Source: Haliotis rubra
Taxonomy: Eukaryota
NCBI RefSeq assembly: GCF_003918875.1
Contig: NW_025767546.1
Span: 682,001 to 746,000 of the forward strand
Direction: 5' to 3'
Length of the DNA stretch: 64,000 nt
Shown here: positions 11,809-42,540 of the stretch, one piece after another
Layout: each line of letters starts with the position of its first letter
How positions within the stretch are numbered: the stretch's first letter is position 1
The notes under the pieces: model-generated
Databases searched by the model: none
The model's input: only the letters and a program-made list of their open reading frames with translations
What the model was told of the DNA's origin: nothing
Translations under genes and position numbers: made by a program

Positions 11809-14800
11809 TCAGGATGAGATGAATTTCTCTGAATTCTGAAGAAAGTTGTTGCAAGCTCTGTAGCACTGCTCATACACTTTCTCAAAGTCCTTGATGTTGT
11901 TGCCCTATAACATAATGTGAATGTTTGGTTCAGTATTCTAACTAGGCCACAGATTGTCTGCTTAATGTGGGAAAAAAGCCTCAATGTTACACTACACCAA
12001 ATCAGAATCTACCGGTAGTTTAAAAAGCAGTTTTCGTAGGGAGCCTACAGTACAGACTGAATCATCTGGCAGCTGTGATTGGATGATTTTGTGTAAGATT
12101 TTTGTTTAACTTTATTGTACTCGGAAAAGGAGCTGAATGAAGTAGTCATTTTTCATACTTGTACTGGTGCTGTGAGGCCTGACTATGCCCACATGTACAT
12201 GCAATAGCTGTTGATGGCATAGTTCATTTTTAAAAAATATAACATTACTATAGACGTCAATGGAGTGAGTCTAGTTTTACGCCGCACTCAGCATTAAGAA
12301 GTCAATGGAGTGAGTGAGTGAGTTAGGTTTTACACCGTTTTTAGCAATATTCCAGCAATATCACACATCTGGTTTTGTGTAAAGCTCAATGTGCAGCGCG
12401 AAGTTTAACACTAGGGGAGGCAACTCTACGCAGTGGTTTGCAGTGCTTTAAGAGATGTTCCCTCAAGTTGCCTACTACATACACATTATAGTTGTGTCTG
12501 ATGTAGTTCTGTGTACATATTTATTTTAAAATCCAAATATTTTACATATATTTCTTATAAATAATTAGTTGTCAGTTTGTAAGGTTTTACCAGTCAGCAG
12601 CAACACACTATATCTGTCACTCTCTAATTGCCCCATGCCAAGAGCTCAATGGGCTGATTGGCCAAGCTAACACCTATTGTTGAACTGCATGTTTTGTTCA
12701 ACCTAAAAATCAGCACTCTACAGAACAGCTCAGGTCAGTGAAAGGATGAGTTTGGATAGAAAATAAGTAAGTGGTAAGAGTTCCTCCCGTTCCCCCATCC
12801 CAAATAATATGTATAAATATACTAAAATTATTAACAAAACTAAACACAACAATTACTAGGGAACTCACAAAATGACTAAAAGTCCAAAATTTAAGTTAGG
12901 GTTGGGTTTAGGGTTGGGGCAACGGAGGGAACTCTTTCCATAAGTGTAACATACAAATTTAAATATAATGCATGCTAATCTTTCTGAATAGGATATGTAC
13001 ATTAATGTATTATATTTAGTCTACAAGATCTATGTGTATCGTATTTCAGTTCCAGAAATATATCTCCGTAAATGAGATCACGCTCTTGTATTACTGACAG
13101 GGTAGGCATTATCTTTTTTTACATTTGTGCAAGACCTGGGGTATATCTCCATGTTGTAATACGTTCAGTGCCATAGCACATATCTTTCTGCTTAAAGTCT
13201 TTGAACAGTATGTTTAAGTACAATGTATTAATATTTTGTATTTAAGTCAATGAGTTATATCAGTTCAATTACATAAGACAAGCTACATAGTATAGATGTA
13301 GTTATCATTCAGAACATGCATTGTGCAAACTTTTCATAATCTGTCTCAGCAAATCCACAGCACATCTGTGTCTACAAGTCTAGGATTTCAAGGCTAGTCA
13401 CTTGTCATTTGAGTGTAACTGGAAAGTAGTCAAAAAATGTAATTTTCTGAATAAAATTGATATTTTATACATATCCTGACTCATGCTATTTGCTTGTCTT
13501 CTTCTTCTTGCGAACATAGTGGAACACTTGTATCTCCCAATTGAAGTTCCCTTCAATGTAAAATCACTAATTAGTACTCACGAGTTATCTGTCCCCTCAA
13601 AGGCGCGGGAACGAGGGCGCCACCTTCTGCCATGTGCCTCACTCTCTCCTTATATAACGAGCCCAACACTTGAATTTTCAGGGAAATCCAAAGTGTAATG
13701 TGGGGAGGATGGGAGGGCTTACCTCATGAGTCAGGATAAGTATAAAATATCAATTTTATTCAGAAAATTACATATTTTTCCTTATCCTGACTCATGCTAT
13801 TTGCTTGTAGAATCCGACGGAAACGGAGGTGGGAATACAGAATACTTTGGATTTAGATAATTATTGATTTGTACTGTAATGACTGTAATAACCCTTATGG
13901 GAACTTCATAAAGGCACTGAATTGATGAATTCCTGCTGCTAACTTATCAGCTGCCATATATGGGTTATTACAATATAAATATTATGATAAAAGTATATAC
14001 AACATGAATACTATGCTTAAGACTAATTAGACTTAAGCTTGACAATATGATAGCATAAACTTCATAGAGTTTGTTAGCTAATATACTTTTATGATATAAC
14101 CATAGTACTGAGCTTAAGATATGATTAAACTTAAGCTAAATATATCATAGCAAAAAACTCCGTAGAGTTTGTTAGCTAATATACTTTTATGATATAACCA
14201 TAGTACTGAGCTTAAGATATGATTAAACTTAAGCTAAATATATAATAGCAAAAAACTCTGTAGAGTTTGTTAGCTAATATACTGTTATGATATAACAACC
14301 ATAGTACTGCGCTTAGGATAATAAATGAACTTAAGCAAAATATATAATAGCATAAACTTCTTAGAGTTTTAGCTATGTAGTACTGTTATGAGATAAGTAG
14401 TAAAATCTGTAAGATTGACTTATCTTCTCCGAGGAACTGTCAACTGTTGTGCGAGGACCATGGGACCGAAATGGTGGATACCTGAGATGTCCTCGGTGGT
14501 GATATCTCTCAGATAATGGTTGGCAAACACCATATCGGATCTCCAAAAACAACCCTCCATTATGGTATTCAAAGAGCAGTTGTCGTGAAGAGCAAGTGTA
14601 GATGCTAGCTCTCTAATTACATGAGGATTAGATGCTCTTGGAGGATGAGTCCTGAAGCCTTGTAGGCACGTAGTATGACAGTTCTGATCCAAATGGAGAT
14701 AGTAGTACGTGAGACTTCAGTCTGCGTAGCTGTCGATAGAGGAATAAATAATCTCTTGAATTTTTGTCTCCTCTGTTTGGATCGACGTAGATATATTTTC

Positions 14801-17800
14801 AGTGCTCTCACTGGGCATAGTGATAGATCCATCGTATCATGAGGTCCAAGAATAGATGAGAGAGCTGGGACATGACTTAACCTGTCTGGTTGGCCTGGTA
14901 ATTGGTTCTTGGCGATAAAATCCCAACGTAGTCCCATATGCACGATGTTATGAATGTCATCAAAGCGTGTTCTCTCGTAATCTAATGCGTGAATCTCTGA
15001 CATCCTGGCAGACATAGCTAGAGATAACAGGAACAAAGTTTTCTGAGTCAGAAATTCGAACGATGTAGATTCTAATGGTTCATATGCCTCACTTGTGAGG
15101 TGTTGGAGCACTACATTTAGGTCCCAAGCTGGAGCGTGAAATCTGCGTTTCTGATCCTCCAACCGGAATGCACGTAGTAAGGCCAGTAACTCTGGGGTCT
15201 TGGTTAGCTTGACACCCGTTCTCATAGTTATGACAGAGCTTATTGCTGCAAGATAAGTAAATAAGGTGAAGCCTTTTCAATTTTTAGTCTGACGTAGATA
15301 ACATAAGTAGTCAGACACTTGAGGATGAGTAGCCTATCTAGCTGTAAATCCTTTCTCTGCAGCATAATTGACAAAACTGTGCCATTTGTCATCGTATAAG
15401 TTGCGAGTGGAGTTACGCAAGGCAAGCGTGACTGCTTTTGCCGCTCTGGCTGAATAACCTCTTTTATTTAGACACGCCTTAATACAGTCCATACATGAAG
15501 TTGGAAAGCTTCTGGCTTTCCGTGCGCTTGTTTGGTGTGCGGATGTATTAACAGATTCGGGCACTTTGGAAGTTGTAGTATTGGTTGTCCGATTTCTTGA
15601 ATAAGAGTTGGAAACCACGTTCTCGCTGGTAAGTAGGGCGCGACCAAAATCAGTTGGAGGCTCTGAGTTTGCTTGATTTTGAGTAACACTTGTGGGATTA
15701 ACGCTTTACATTGAAGGGAACTTCAATTGGGAGATACAAGTGTTCCACTATGTTGCGCAAGAAGAAGAAGACAAGATACTAGCCACACCTCAAATGAAAA
15801 ACTAATAATAAAACAAAGGCATCCTGCTCACTGGGCTGAAGAAGGAGAGTGAGGCACCACGGCAGGAGGTGGCGCCCTCGTTCCAGCAGCTTGTGAAAGG
15901 AGGTAGATAACTTCGTGGTGAATACTAATTAGTGATTTTACATTGAAGGGAACTTCAATTGGGAGATACAAGTGTTCCACTATGTTCGCAAGAAGAAGAA
16001 GACAAGCAAATAGCATGAGTCAGGATAAGGAAAAATTACAGGTTTCATAAAACATATGACTCACATAGTACGGGTCTTCTATGATCAGCTCCCCATCAGG
16101 GTCACACTCTCCCAGTAGCAGCAACTTGGACCGAAAAGACCTTGGCTTGATTTCATTCAGTTCACTGTAACAGAGTCAGCACTGATATTAAACTGTCTTG
16201 TCATATATATGTACACAGCAATATTGCCATTGCTACAAAATGATTTGGTGAATAGGTGATCGTTCCTCTCCTTCACCAGATAAAGACAGGGGAACAGCCT
16301 GAGCTACATCAATAATCATGTGTCATCAACACCTTCTTGCTGCACAGACTGTAGTCCCTGAGTCTGTGGAATAATTGCATGATATTCTAGGGGGTTTTGT
16401 CATAAAATACAAGGAATTCAAGTATTCCCCTCATTTATATCATTATCCTGGCATAACAGGTCGTGGCTGCCATCAATTCCATTCATGCAGAGATTGGTTC
16501 AACCTGTCAGCTTTAGTAGAAATATCACGATACGAAACGTATCGTGATATCTTGGAACAATACAATTCGATTCGATGCATATCACTATATGCTGTCTTTA
16601 GTTATTTTCTTTGAAAACTTTTAGTTTGATAGCAAGTAACAGTGTAAATTTTGAGCAATTATCCAGCAATATCACGGAGGGGGACACCAGAAATGGGCTT
16701 CACACATTGTGCCCATGTGGGGAATCGAACCTGGGTCTTCGGCGTGACAAGTGAACGCTTTAACCACTAGGCTACCCCACCGCCCCTGTTTCATGTATTG
16801 ACCAATGACAGAAGATGCTATTCCCCAACCATACATCAAGGAGAGCAATTCACATTGTCAGTTGGTCAGTTGGACAATGAAGGAAGAGATGACGCTGACA
16901 CAAAAACTTCAATGTAGTTGGTGGATGTGTTCTCAACTGTTTTACTATTGAAGCAGTAAGGTGAGGTGAGGTGAGATTGGGTTTAACATCGCGCTGGAGA
17001 ATATTTCGCTCATATGACGACGTGCATGCGTGTGTATGTGTAGGTGCGGCTGCTTGTACTAGCCCAGACTGAAGCTGGTTTTATAGTGCTAGCCCACTGA
17101 GATACCATGCCGCAGTGAAGAATGAATACCCCACTCAGACACATTATACTGACTCTGAGCCGACCAGTCCTTGTTGTACCCATTAATGCCGAGCGCCAGG
17201 CAGGGACCAACAAGTACCATATTTTAACGTCTTTTGGTATGACGCGGTCGGGGAATAATGCATGCTGTTGTGAAGGAAGGTTGGTTGGTTGGTTTGTTAA
17301 TGCTGCACTCAGCAATATTTCAGCTATATGACGGCGGTCGAGTATAATCGAGTATGGACCAGACAATCCAGTGATCAACATCATGAGCATCGTTCTACGC
17401 AATTGGGATACGATGACATGTGTCAACAAAGTCAACGAGCCTGACCACCCGATACCCTTAGTTGCCTCTTACGACAAGCATGGGTTACTGTTAAAGAACT
17501 GTAACTTATATTCCGTATTTGTGAAATTTTCTGAACCATGTCAACCAATTAACTTCACCAAGATTTGTAAGCCACAGGTTCAGTCTTTACCTTGTATTTC
17601 AATCTGCCTACGAACTACACTAAAAACAGCAGTCAGTGAACCCATTCACAGGAATCCCATCATTCAATTGATACATGTTGGATTTAAAGTGTGAGAAGTT
17701 ATCTCCCTTCCCATGCATGTCATCAAGACATGTGACACTGTCCGTTGTATCTCTTTTTATTTATTTTTTTATTAATTTTTCTTTCTTAATTATTCAGTCA

Positions 17801-20800
17801 AATGTTACAGAAAACGCATTTACAGTATACATTTTCCAGAGTCAAACATTTTTTTAAATTTATGGTGGAAGCCTGTATTCTGCTGTTTTCTTTTCTTTTC
17901 TTGTTTTTATCTCGCGTTACATACACAACATATGTAATTGTCCGTTGTATCTCTGTTTACCATATCGCATTCCACACTGCTACTTCTACCATGATTGTCA
18001 ATTGACTCATGCTCAAAGTTGTATTTATCAAGGTTACAACATTCAAACATTCAAAGCCTGAGTAAAGCTTTCAAACAGGTTAATATGGCTGACATGTGGA
18101 TAACATTTCCATATGCACGTTTTCATATCTCCTATCTGGTCACAGCACATGCTCTTGATTATTTAGTTGATATGGTCAAGATCAACTCTGCTTGATATGG
18201 TCAGCAGAGATTTTTATTGATATGGAAAGTTTGGTTTTGTTCTCTTAAACTAAAAAACAATAATGAATATATTAACACACCAAGTAATGTCAAAATGTGT
18301 TCAAATACACTCTTCCCATCAAGACTTTTGACATATATATCAGGACACTGTAAACTGTGATGTGAGATGTCACAATGCATGTACCAATATATACATTTTT
18401 CCTTATTGTCATATAATGGATTACAAATAAATACAATTTCTTTACAGCAAACTCCATTACATTCTTGGTGCAGTCCCGTGCAGGATTTAAACCTACAATC
18501 TCAGAGTAAGAGACTAGTGGTGACAGAATGTCCCTGACACATTTCTCAACTTCAAGGTCAAACTAAGTTAAAAATTTCAGACAAAAAACAAACAGTTTTA
18601 TATATTTTTAAGTCTGTTTTTCCACCTGTCCACTGTCTTGCTGGTTGAGATTAGAGATGAGAAACACAAACAAATATGGATGCCCTTATTGGTATACCTC
18701 ATGTTGTCTTCATCCATTCCAAATATGACATCAAAGTCATGAAAGTCAGATTTTGTAATCTGAAAAGAAATAATTTGTGCTGTAAAAAAAGATGGTATGC
18801 AATAAAACCATGGCCACATGTTGTCTACTGTAACCATGGCCACATGTTGTCTACTGTAACCATTGCCACATGTTGTCTACTGTAACCATGGCCACATGTT
18901 GTCTACTGTAACCATTGCCACATGTTGTCTACTGTAACCATTGCCACATGTTGTCTACTGTAACCATTGCCACATGTTGTCTACTGTAACCACACATGTT
19001 GTCTACTGTAACCATTGCCACATGTTGTACTGTAACCATGGCCACATGTTGTCTACTGTAACCATTGCCACATGTTGTCTACTGTAACCATGGCCACATG
19101 TTGTCTACTGTAACCATTGCCACATGTTGTCTACTGTAACCATGGCCACATGTTGTCTACTGTAACCATTGCCACATGTTGTCTACTGTAACCATTGCCA
19201 CATGTTGTCTACTGTAACCATTGCCACATGTTGTCTACTGTAAGCATTCCAATCACAGCAACTACATCAGGGAGTCTCGTATTTTTTCAGAATATTTTTT
19301 CAAGCATCAACCATTTTCAGGGAAAAGATTCAGGCACTTTTCAGCAGCTTGATTTTGGAACTGGTCAAACACATCTGACTGAATATCATTGGGCATACAC
19401 TAATCCTTAGAACGGTAGCCTCAACACCTACCTGTCTACCTAGATGCTTGTAGTCTTTGATCCCATTCTTCTTCAGTGTCCTCATTGTGCGATCATCAGG
19501 GGGAACGCCATTATGCCAGTCTCCAAGAGCAGCGCTATCTATCTGCCACTGTAACATGGCAAACACGTCATGTACTGGCTGGGCATATACACAGACACCA
19601 CCTATTTCAAGGCATATACACAGACACCACCTATTTCAAGGCATGTACACAGATCACTGGAGACACTTCATTCAATTGCAAAGCAGACCGGGTGGTAGGG
19701 TAGCCCAGTGGTTAAAGCATTCGCTTGTCATGCCAAAGACACACATATGATTCAACACATGGGTACAATGTGTGAAGCCCATTTTGGTGTCCCCTGCTGT
19801 GATATTGCTGAAATATTGCTAAAAGCGGCAAAGCAGACAGACACTCATTTACTGGAATCATATCAGATTCTTGTTTAAAGTTGAACTGGCTAACTTGTCA
19901 GATATGTGTTCTAGTTCTGTACATTGGGTGTGACCCGAAATCCTTATTGACTTAATCATAATATCTTGATAGTCAACAAGCCCTTTTAAATATTTACAAT
20001 TACAGAAGTCAATAACTGTGACGATATTACCTACTGGTAAGGACATGCTGCACAATGAGTGCCCTAAAACAACAACAAGCTAAGAATATTAAACATATAA
20101 TTCATAATAACCTCTTTAGGAAATAAAATGTATAAAGAGTTAAACCTTATCACCAAGTCCGTTAGTCTTGACCAGATGTTGAAATATTCCTTCTGCCATT
20201 GTTGACCGGCATATATTACCTGCAAAAGAAAGCATCATTTGTAAATGTCTCCTTAACAAACATCAACCAACCAGAGGGCTTGCTTCGACCACACACCCTT
20301 TTTGTGCTGATATATTCGTCAGCCATTTGTGTCAAGATCGTTTAGTTAAGAGTTAAAATCGGGTTTCAATCGACTTGCAGAAATAACAATAAAGAATTGG
20401 TAGGTGTCATGAGTAGTGCTCGATAGGCCAATCATCCATCATTATGTTTACATTAAGTTTTAATCGATTGTATGCGATGGTAGCGTAGCTATCGGCAAAG
20501 CAGTCGGGTAGGGTGCACCCAAATGTCCGGCCTTGTCATAATGCATTATGCTGTGAAGCATTTCGAGTCGGGGGTCACCTCAAAAACATTATTTTTTAAA
20601 TCATTAATCCTCGCAAAGACACGAGGGCCAGTGATTTTGCACACTTTTCACCTTCTGCAATCTACAAGATACTGTGAATCAATATGATACAACTGCTCCA
20701 GGAGTCAGACACTGAATTCACAACAGAGCACAGTAATGATTGTGTTTAAACAGTTTGTCGGGTGACTTAATTGTCACAGAAAAAAGTGGGAGGGAACAAT

Positions 20801-21683
20801 GTAAGGTTAACATGGATTATGGTTACAAACAAGGAAGGCATTGGCTACTCGTGCCACAAGGGTGAGTCTACTTTTCAATGAATCATAATTGACAAGTGTT
20901 GAGCATGAAAGTCACTTGGATGGAAATTTCAAAAGTCTCCTGCTGCAAAAACATTTCACATGTAACTATATGTTATCCTGCACATGGGATGTTTTCATGA
21001 GAAGAATATGTGCATCTGAAAACAATAAAATAATCCCAAAACACTGATAATACCCCCAGTTCATATAAATAAACTCGTCTTCCAGCAAAGGCCTACATCG
21101 AGCACACGTTGGTATATAGTGCAAAGTCGTCTAGTACGCTGGATTAATAATACCCTGCATTTATTTATTTGTACCTGTAGTTCACATGCTTGAAACTACA
21201 AAACGGTAGCTTATAAAATATGCTGCCGAGGACGATGTTTAGTACACAAATATTAAAAACATTGTTGAGCTTATTCCAGTGAAAGTATACGCCACATTAC
21301 GCTTAGAGTTAAGTTAGACATGACAATGACAGATCACTGAGAGGAGATATAATGCGTGCTCGATGACCCCTGACGTCAAAGGGAATTGTTTCGCCAGTAT
21401 CTTGCAACAAAATATCACACATTACATCATAGGGTATTGTGACGTGTTTGATAAGTAAGTAGTTCTGAAATCCCTAGTCATACGAAAACCGAACGAGGAA
21501 TAGCCATTATGCCCAATGTAGTAATGGTTTTAACCGGGAGTGATTTACAAAGCGTCCAAACGCCGGAATTGAACAAGTATGCATCTGTGGCATAATTTTC
21601 ACTGCCATCAAGGAAAGACACCATCTCACTGACTGACCTAAGCATATGAAAAGGACAGACTTCTTTTTAGTGGGGGCCGCCAT
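11809..21683 (-). CDS. ACP1: Low molecular weight phosphotyrosine protein phosphatase (LMW-PTP), 164 aa, 6 exons
   Basis: Exons 21638-21683, 20146-20219, 19432-19548, 18698-18759, 16065-16164 and 11809-11904; all GT-AG and in phase. Protein MAAPTKKKSVLFICLGNICRSTMAEGIF..WQIDSAALGDWH..FDVIFGMDEDN..IIEDPYYGNNIKDFEKVYEQCYRAC; P-loop CLGNICRS and DPYY motifs are intact. Confidence 0.95.
12772..12940. mobile_element. Short MITE with ~20-bp TIRs and internal TTAGGG-like repeats
   Basis: TGGTAAGAGTTCCTCCCGTT and AACGGAGGGAACTCTTTCCA are imperfect inverted repeats; GTTAGGGTTGGGTTTAGGGTT lies near the right end. Confidence 0.55.
14035..14395. repeat. ~98-bp AT-rich tandem repeat in the DIRS 3' region
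   Basis: AGAGTTTGTTAGCTAATATAC recurs at ~14066, 14164 and 14262, with a diverged copy at 14363. Confidence 0.85.
14420..15500 (-). pseudogene. DIRS tyrosine recombinase ORF, frameshifted
   Basis: ORF pieces 15334-15618 (LNKRGYSARAA..STRNLYDDKW), 14617-15225 (PAWDLNVVL, ARMSEI, CPVRAL) and 14420-14692 (PHVIR, WRSDMVFANHYLRD) lie in different frames. Confidence 0.85.
16650..16785 (-). mobile_element. tRNA-derived SINE family A
   Basis: Matches the family A consensus on the reverse strand. Confidence 0.88.
16958..17250 (-). mobile_element. SINE family C, 5'-truncated, with (CTCAC)n tail
   Basis: 17090-17250 closely matches 6135-6310. Confidence 0.8.
17275..17490 (-). mobile_element. SINE-like family B, 5'-truncated
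   Basis: GCACTCAGCAATATTTCAGCTATATG..GCCTCTTACGACAAGCATGGGTTACTG with an (AACC)n tail. Confidence 0.85.
18805..19243. repeat. 26-bp minisatellite in ACP1 intron 3
   Basis: Unit TGTAACCAT(G/T)GCCACATGTTGTCTAC, about 17 copies. Confidence 0.95.
19688..19830 (+). mobile_element. tRNA-derived SINE family A (diverged)
   Basis: GGGTAGCCCAGTGGTTAAAGC..GGGTACAATGTGTGAAGCCC..AATATTGCTAAAAGCGGC. Confidence 0.82.
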
Positions 21684-22521
21684 ATTTCAAGTTCCCATAA
21701 TGCATCTCTTATATGACGGAAGCGGAAGCAAGTTGGTGAATCTTCGGGCCATGGAAGCTGTCAAGCCTGAAGAAAGATATACCTGGTTTATGTTGTCATT
21801 TGTGAAACATCGATGTATGTAAGATCCCGATGAAATGGACATTATGCATGTGAGGTCTTGACTGACCAATGGAAACTAATTCCATGAAGAAGGTGAGCAG
21901 CTGAAGACAACAATCACCAAGTCAGTTTGTGGTTGTTTTGAGATGACGCCTCGCCTCGGCGAATTTTGTGTGTATTTACTGTTTACAGTGGGCACAGACA
22001 TGTGACGCGTCATTGAGTTGTGTCTTCCTAACGGCACTGTATATATGTGCATAATAAAGGATATATGAACTGGCCCATATGAACGTGTCGTCAGTGCTAG
22101 GCAGTAGTACTTTGGAATGATACTTAGATGTACCACAAAAAGACAGAGATCTAATTGACACGTTCATCTGAACTAAAATTAGACACGGCGCGAGGGTTTC
22201 ACATAGCCTGTTGATTGCCTAACCAAGACTCTTGATCTACTGCCACAAGAAGCTGTCACTGCATTGCAAGTGGTTGACATAGGAATGTATTGATCATTTC
22301 AAGAATTCGAAACCTGTCAGTTGTGAATTCTCGTCAGAAGTGGATCATAGAAACAAACGTTGTTCCTTCCCATGTTGATTGAATAGATTATAGGGATTAA
22401 TTCTGATGTGGATTACGTTGCTCAGTTGGATAGTGTGTCTCTAGTGAGTGCAAACAAATAATGCAATTTGGAAGAACTAACTTTCCCGGCCAGTGAAGTT
22501 TTCATCTAAACTCTCATAACA
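21676..22521. promoter_or_regulatory. Putative bidirectional promoter shared by ACP1 and LIX1L
   Basis: Divergent ATGs ~840 bp apart; tandem ETS-type CGGAAG at 21717-21728; YY1-like AATATGGCGGC overlaps the ACP1 ATG. Confidence 0.6.
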
Positions 22522-41042
<18,521 letters not shown>

Positions 41043-41399
41043 GTATTGCCAATTCATGGAACTTTGGAGTCTTGGATAGATGTATATTGTTTCTATGTGA
41101 ACATCATGCATTGTGGTGTGTGACTGCCAGTTTTACAGCTGTCTACATATCTCAAGGCCAGATGATACAAGTGCTCCACACTACTTGTCTCTCAGTAGAC
41201 TTCTATAGCAACACAGCAAGTGAATGTTGCTGGTTTAGTATATGCATGAACAAATGTATTTCCAGTGCAATGTTCCTATATAGGATATGGCGAAGAGTTT
41301 ATACTAGTGCATGTATCAGTTTCAAGTGCTGCCTCCCTGTGCTACAGCTGACAGCTAGATGTGCACGTTACTACGCAATACTCCACACATAAACGTACG

Positions 41400-41840
41400 T
41401 GACATGTGAAGGTCTTGTTCACACTGAATAATAACGTGCATGTGTCAATGTCTTATCCTCATAGAACAAAAATGTACATGTGTCAAAGATGTTGTCCACA
41501 CCGAACAAGGATATTGTGCATGTGGTGGCGTCAGTGTTTTGTCCTGACAGAACAAAGAGGTTCCTGTGCAGGTGTTAGTGTCTCGTCCTCACAGAACAAA
41601 AATGTTGTGCATGTGTAGGTGTGAATGTCTTGTCTTCACAGAACAAAACCGGGCACATGTGCATGCCGTGTCCACACTGAACAACAATGTTGCACATGTA
41701 GAAGTATCGATGTCTTGTCTTCATGGAACAACAATGTTGCACATGTAGAAGTATGGATGTCTTGTCTTCATGGAACAACAATGTTCCACATGTAGAAGTA
41801 TCGATGTCTTGTCTTCATGGAACAACAATGTTGCACATGT
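41400..41840. repeat. Degenerate 47-bp tandem repeat downstream of the LIX1L stop
   Basis: CATGTAGAAGTATCGATGTCTTGTCTTCATGGAACAACAATGTTGCA at 41695, 41742 and 41789, with more diverged upstream copies. Confidence 0.75.
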
Positions 41841-42378
41841 GCTTGTGTCATTGTGTTGTCAGTACAAGGAGGTTTTATAAGATATATGTGATCCAAGACT
41901 TTCATGATGTTGAGCATGTTGCAGCCTACTTACTATAGCTGTACATACAAGTACTGTCTGCATGCTCCGTGTTTACTGCTTGAAACAAGCACATCTCCCA
42001 GCCACCTGTACTGACGTCAGTAGTCAGTGATTGATCTTAGAAGTGAAATAGTTTTCTCATAGACACTCCTCCATCACCACACTTTCTATATTCATACATG
42101 ATATAAATTGTTTGAAATACTATTTAGCCTAGATACTCACTCTCACTTAAACTTCTGTGACATAATCTACATTACATTCTTTGCTATGAACAAGATCATT
42201 GTGAATTAATTTCAGGCAGTTTGTGGTTATCCTTGTGATGATTTAGTTTTATTGGTTTTCTTAGGTTAGCACTGTGGTCCAATGCCCCAAATTTCTCTGT
42301 CCAATAGAGCATCCTTAAGATTTGGCAGGATCAGTTCTCTTTGCACTGAATACTACTATCCTTGGTTCATCCATACAC

Positions 42379-42540
42379 GGGGCGGTTGGGTAGCCTAATG
42401 GTTAAAGCGTTGGCTCGTCACGCCGAAGACCCGGGTTCGAATCCCCACATGGGCACAATGTGTGAAGCCCATTTGTGGTGTCCCCCGCCGTGATGTTGCT
42501 GGAATATTGCTTAAAGCGGCGTAAAACCAAACTCAGTCAG
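42379..42540 (+). mobile_element. tRNA-derived SINE family A, full length with TSD
   Basis: A and B boxes, (TCAG)n tail, and TCATCCATA duplicated on both sides. Confidence 0.93.

Larger units (their letters stand above)
13433..16035 (-). mobile_element. DIRS-type tyrosine-recombinase retrotransposon, internally deleted (non-autonomous)
   Basis: Inverted terminal repeats (~13470-13640 vs ~15850-16030), internal complementary region 13725-13808, TTT termini on the element strand, frameshifted YR (ARMSEIHAL, CPVRAL, HVIR, W..F..HYLRD) and pol C-terminal remnants (ILVAPYLPARTWF) at 15334-15689; no RT visible. Confidence 0.92.

Noticed and set aside
13483-13698. Duplicated small ORF MLFACLLLLANIVEH (also 15828-16016)
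   Set aside because: Chance ORF within the DIRS inverted terminal repeats
18760-20145. Mutually exclusive duplicate of ACP1 exon 3, as in the vertebrate fast/slow isoforms
   Set aside because: Only one exon-3-like sequence (19432-19548) was found by eye
42379-42452. tRNA gene
   Set aside because: The tRNA-like head continues into a conserved SINE body and tail with a TSD, and about ten diverged copies occur in the window
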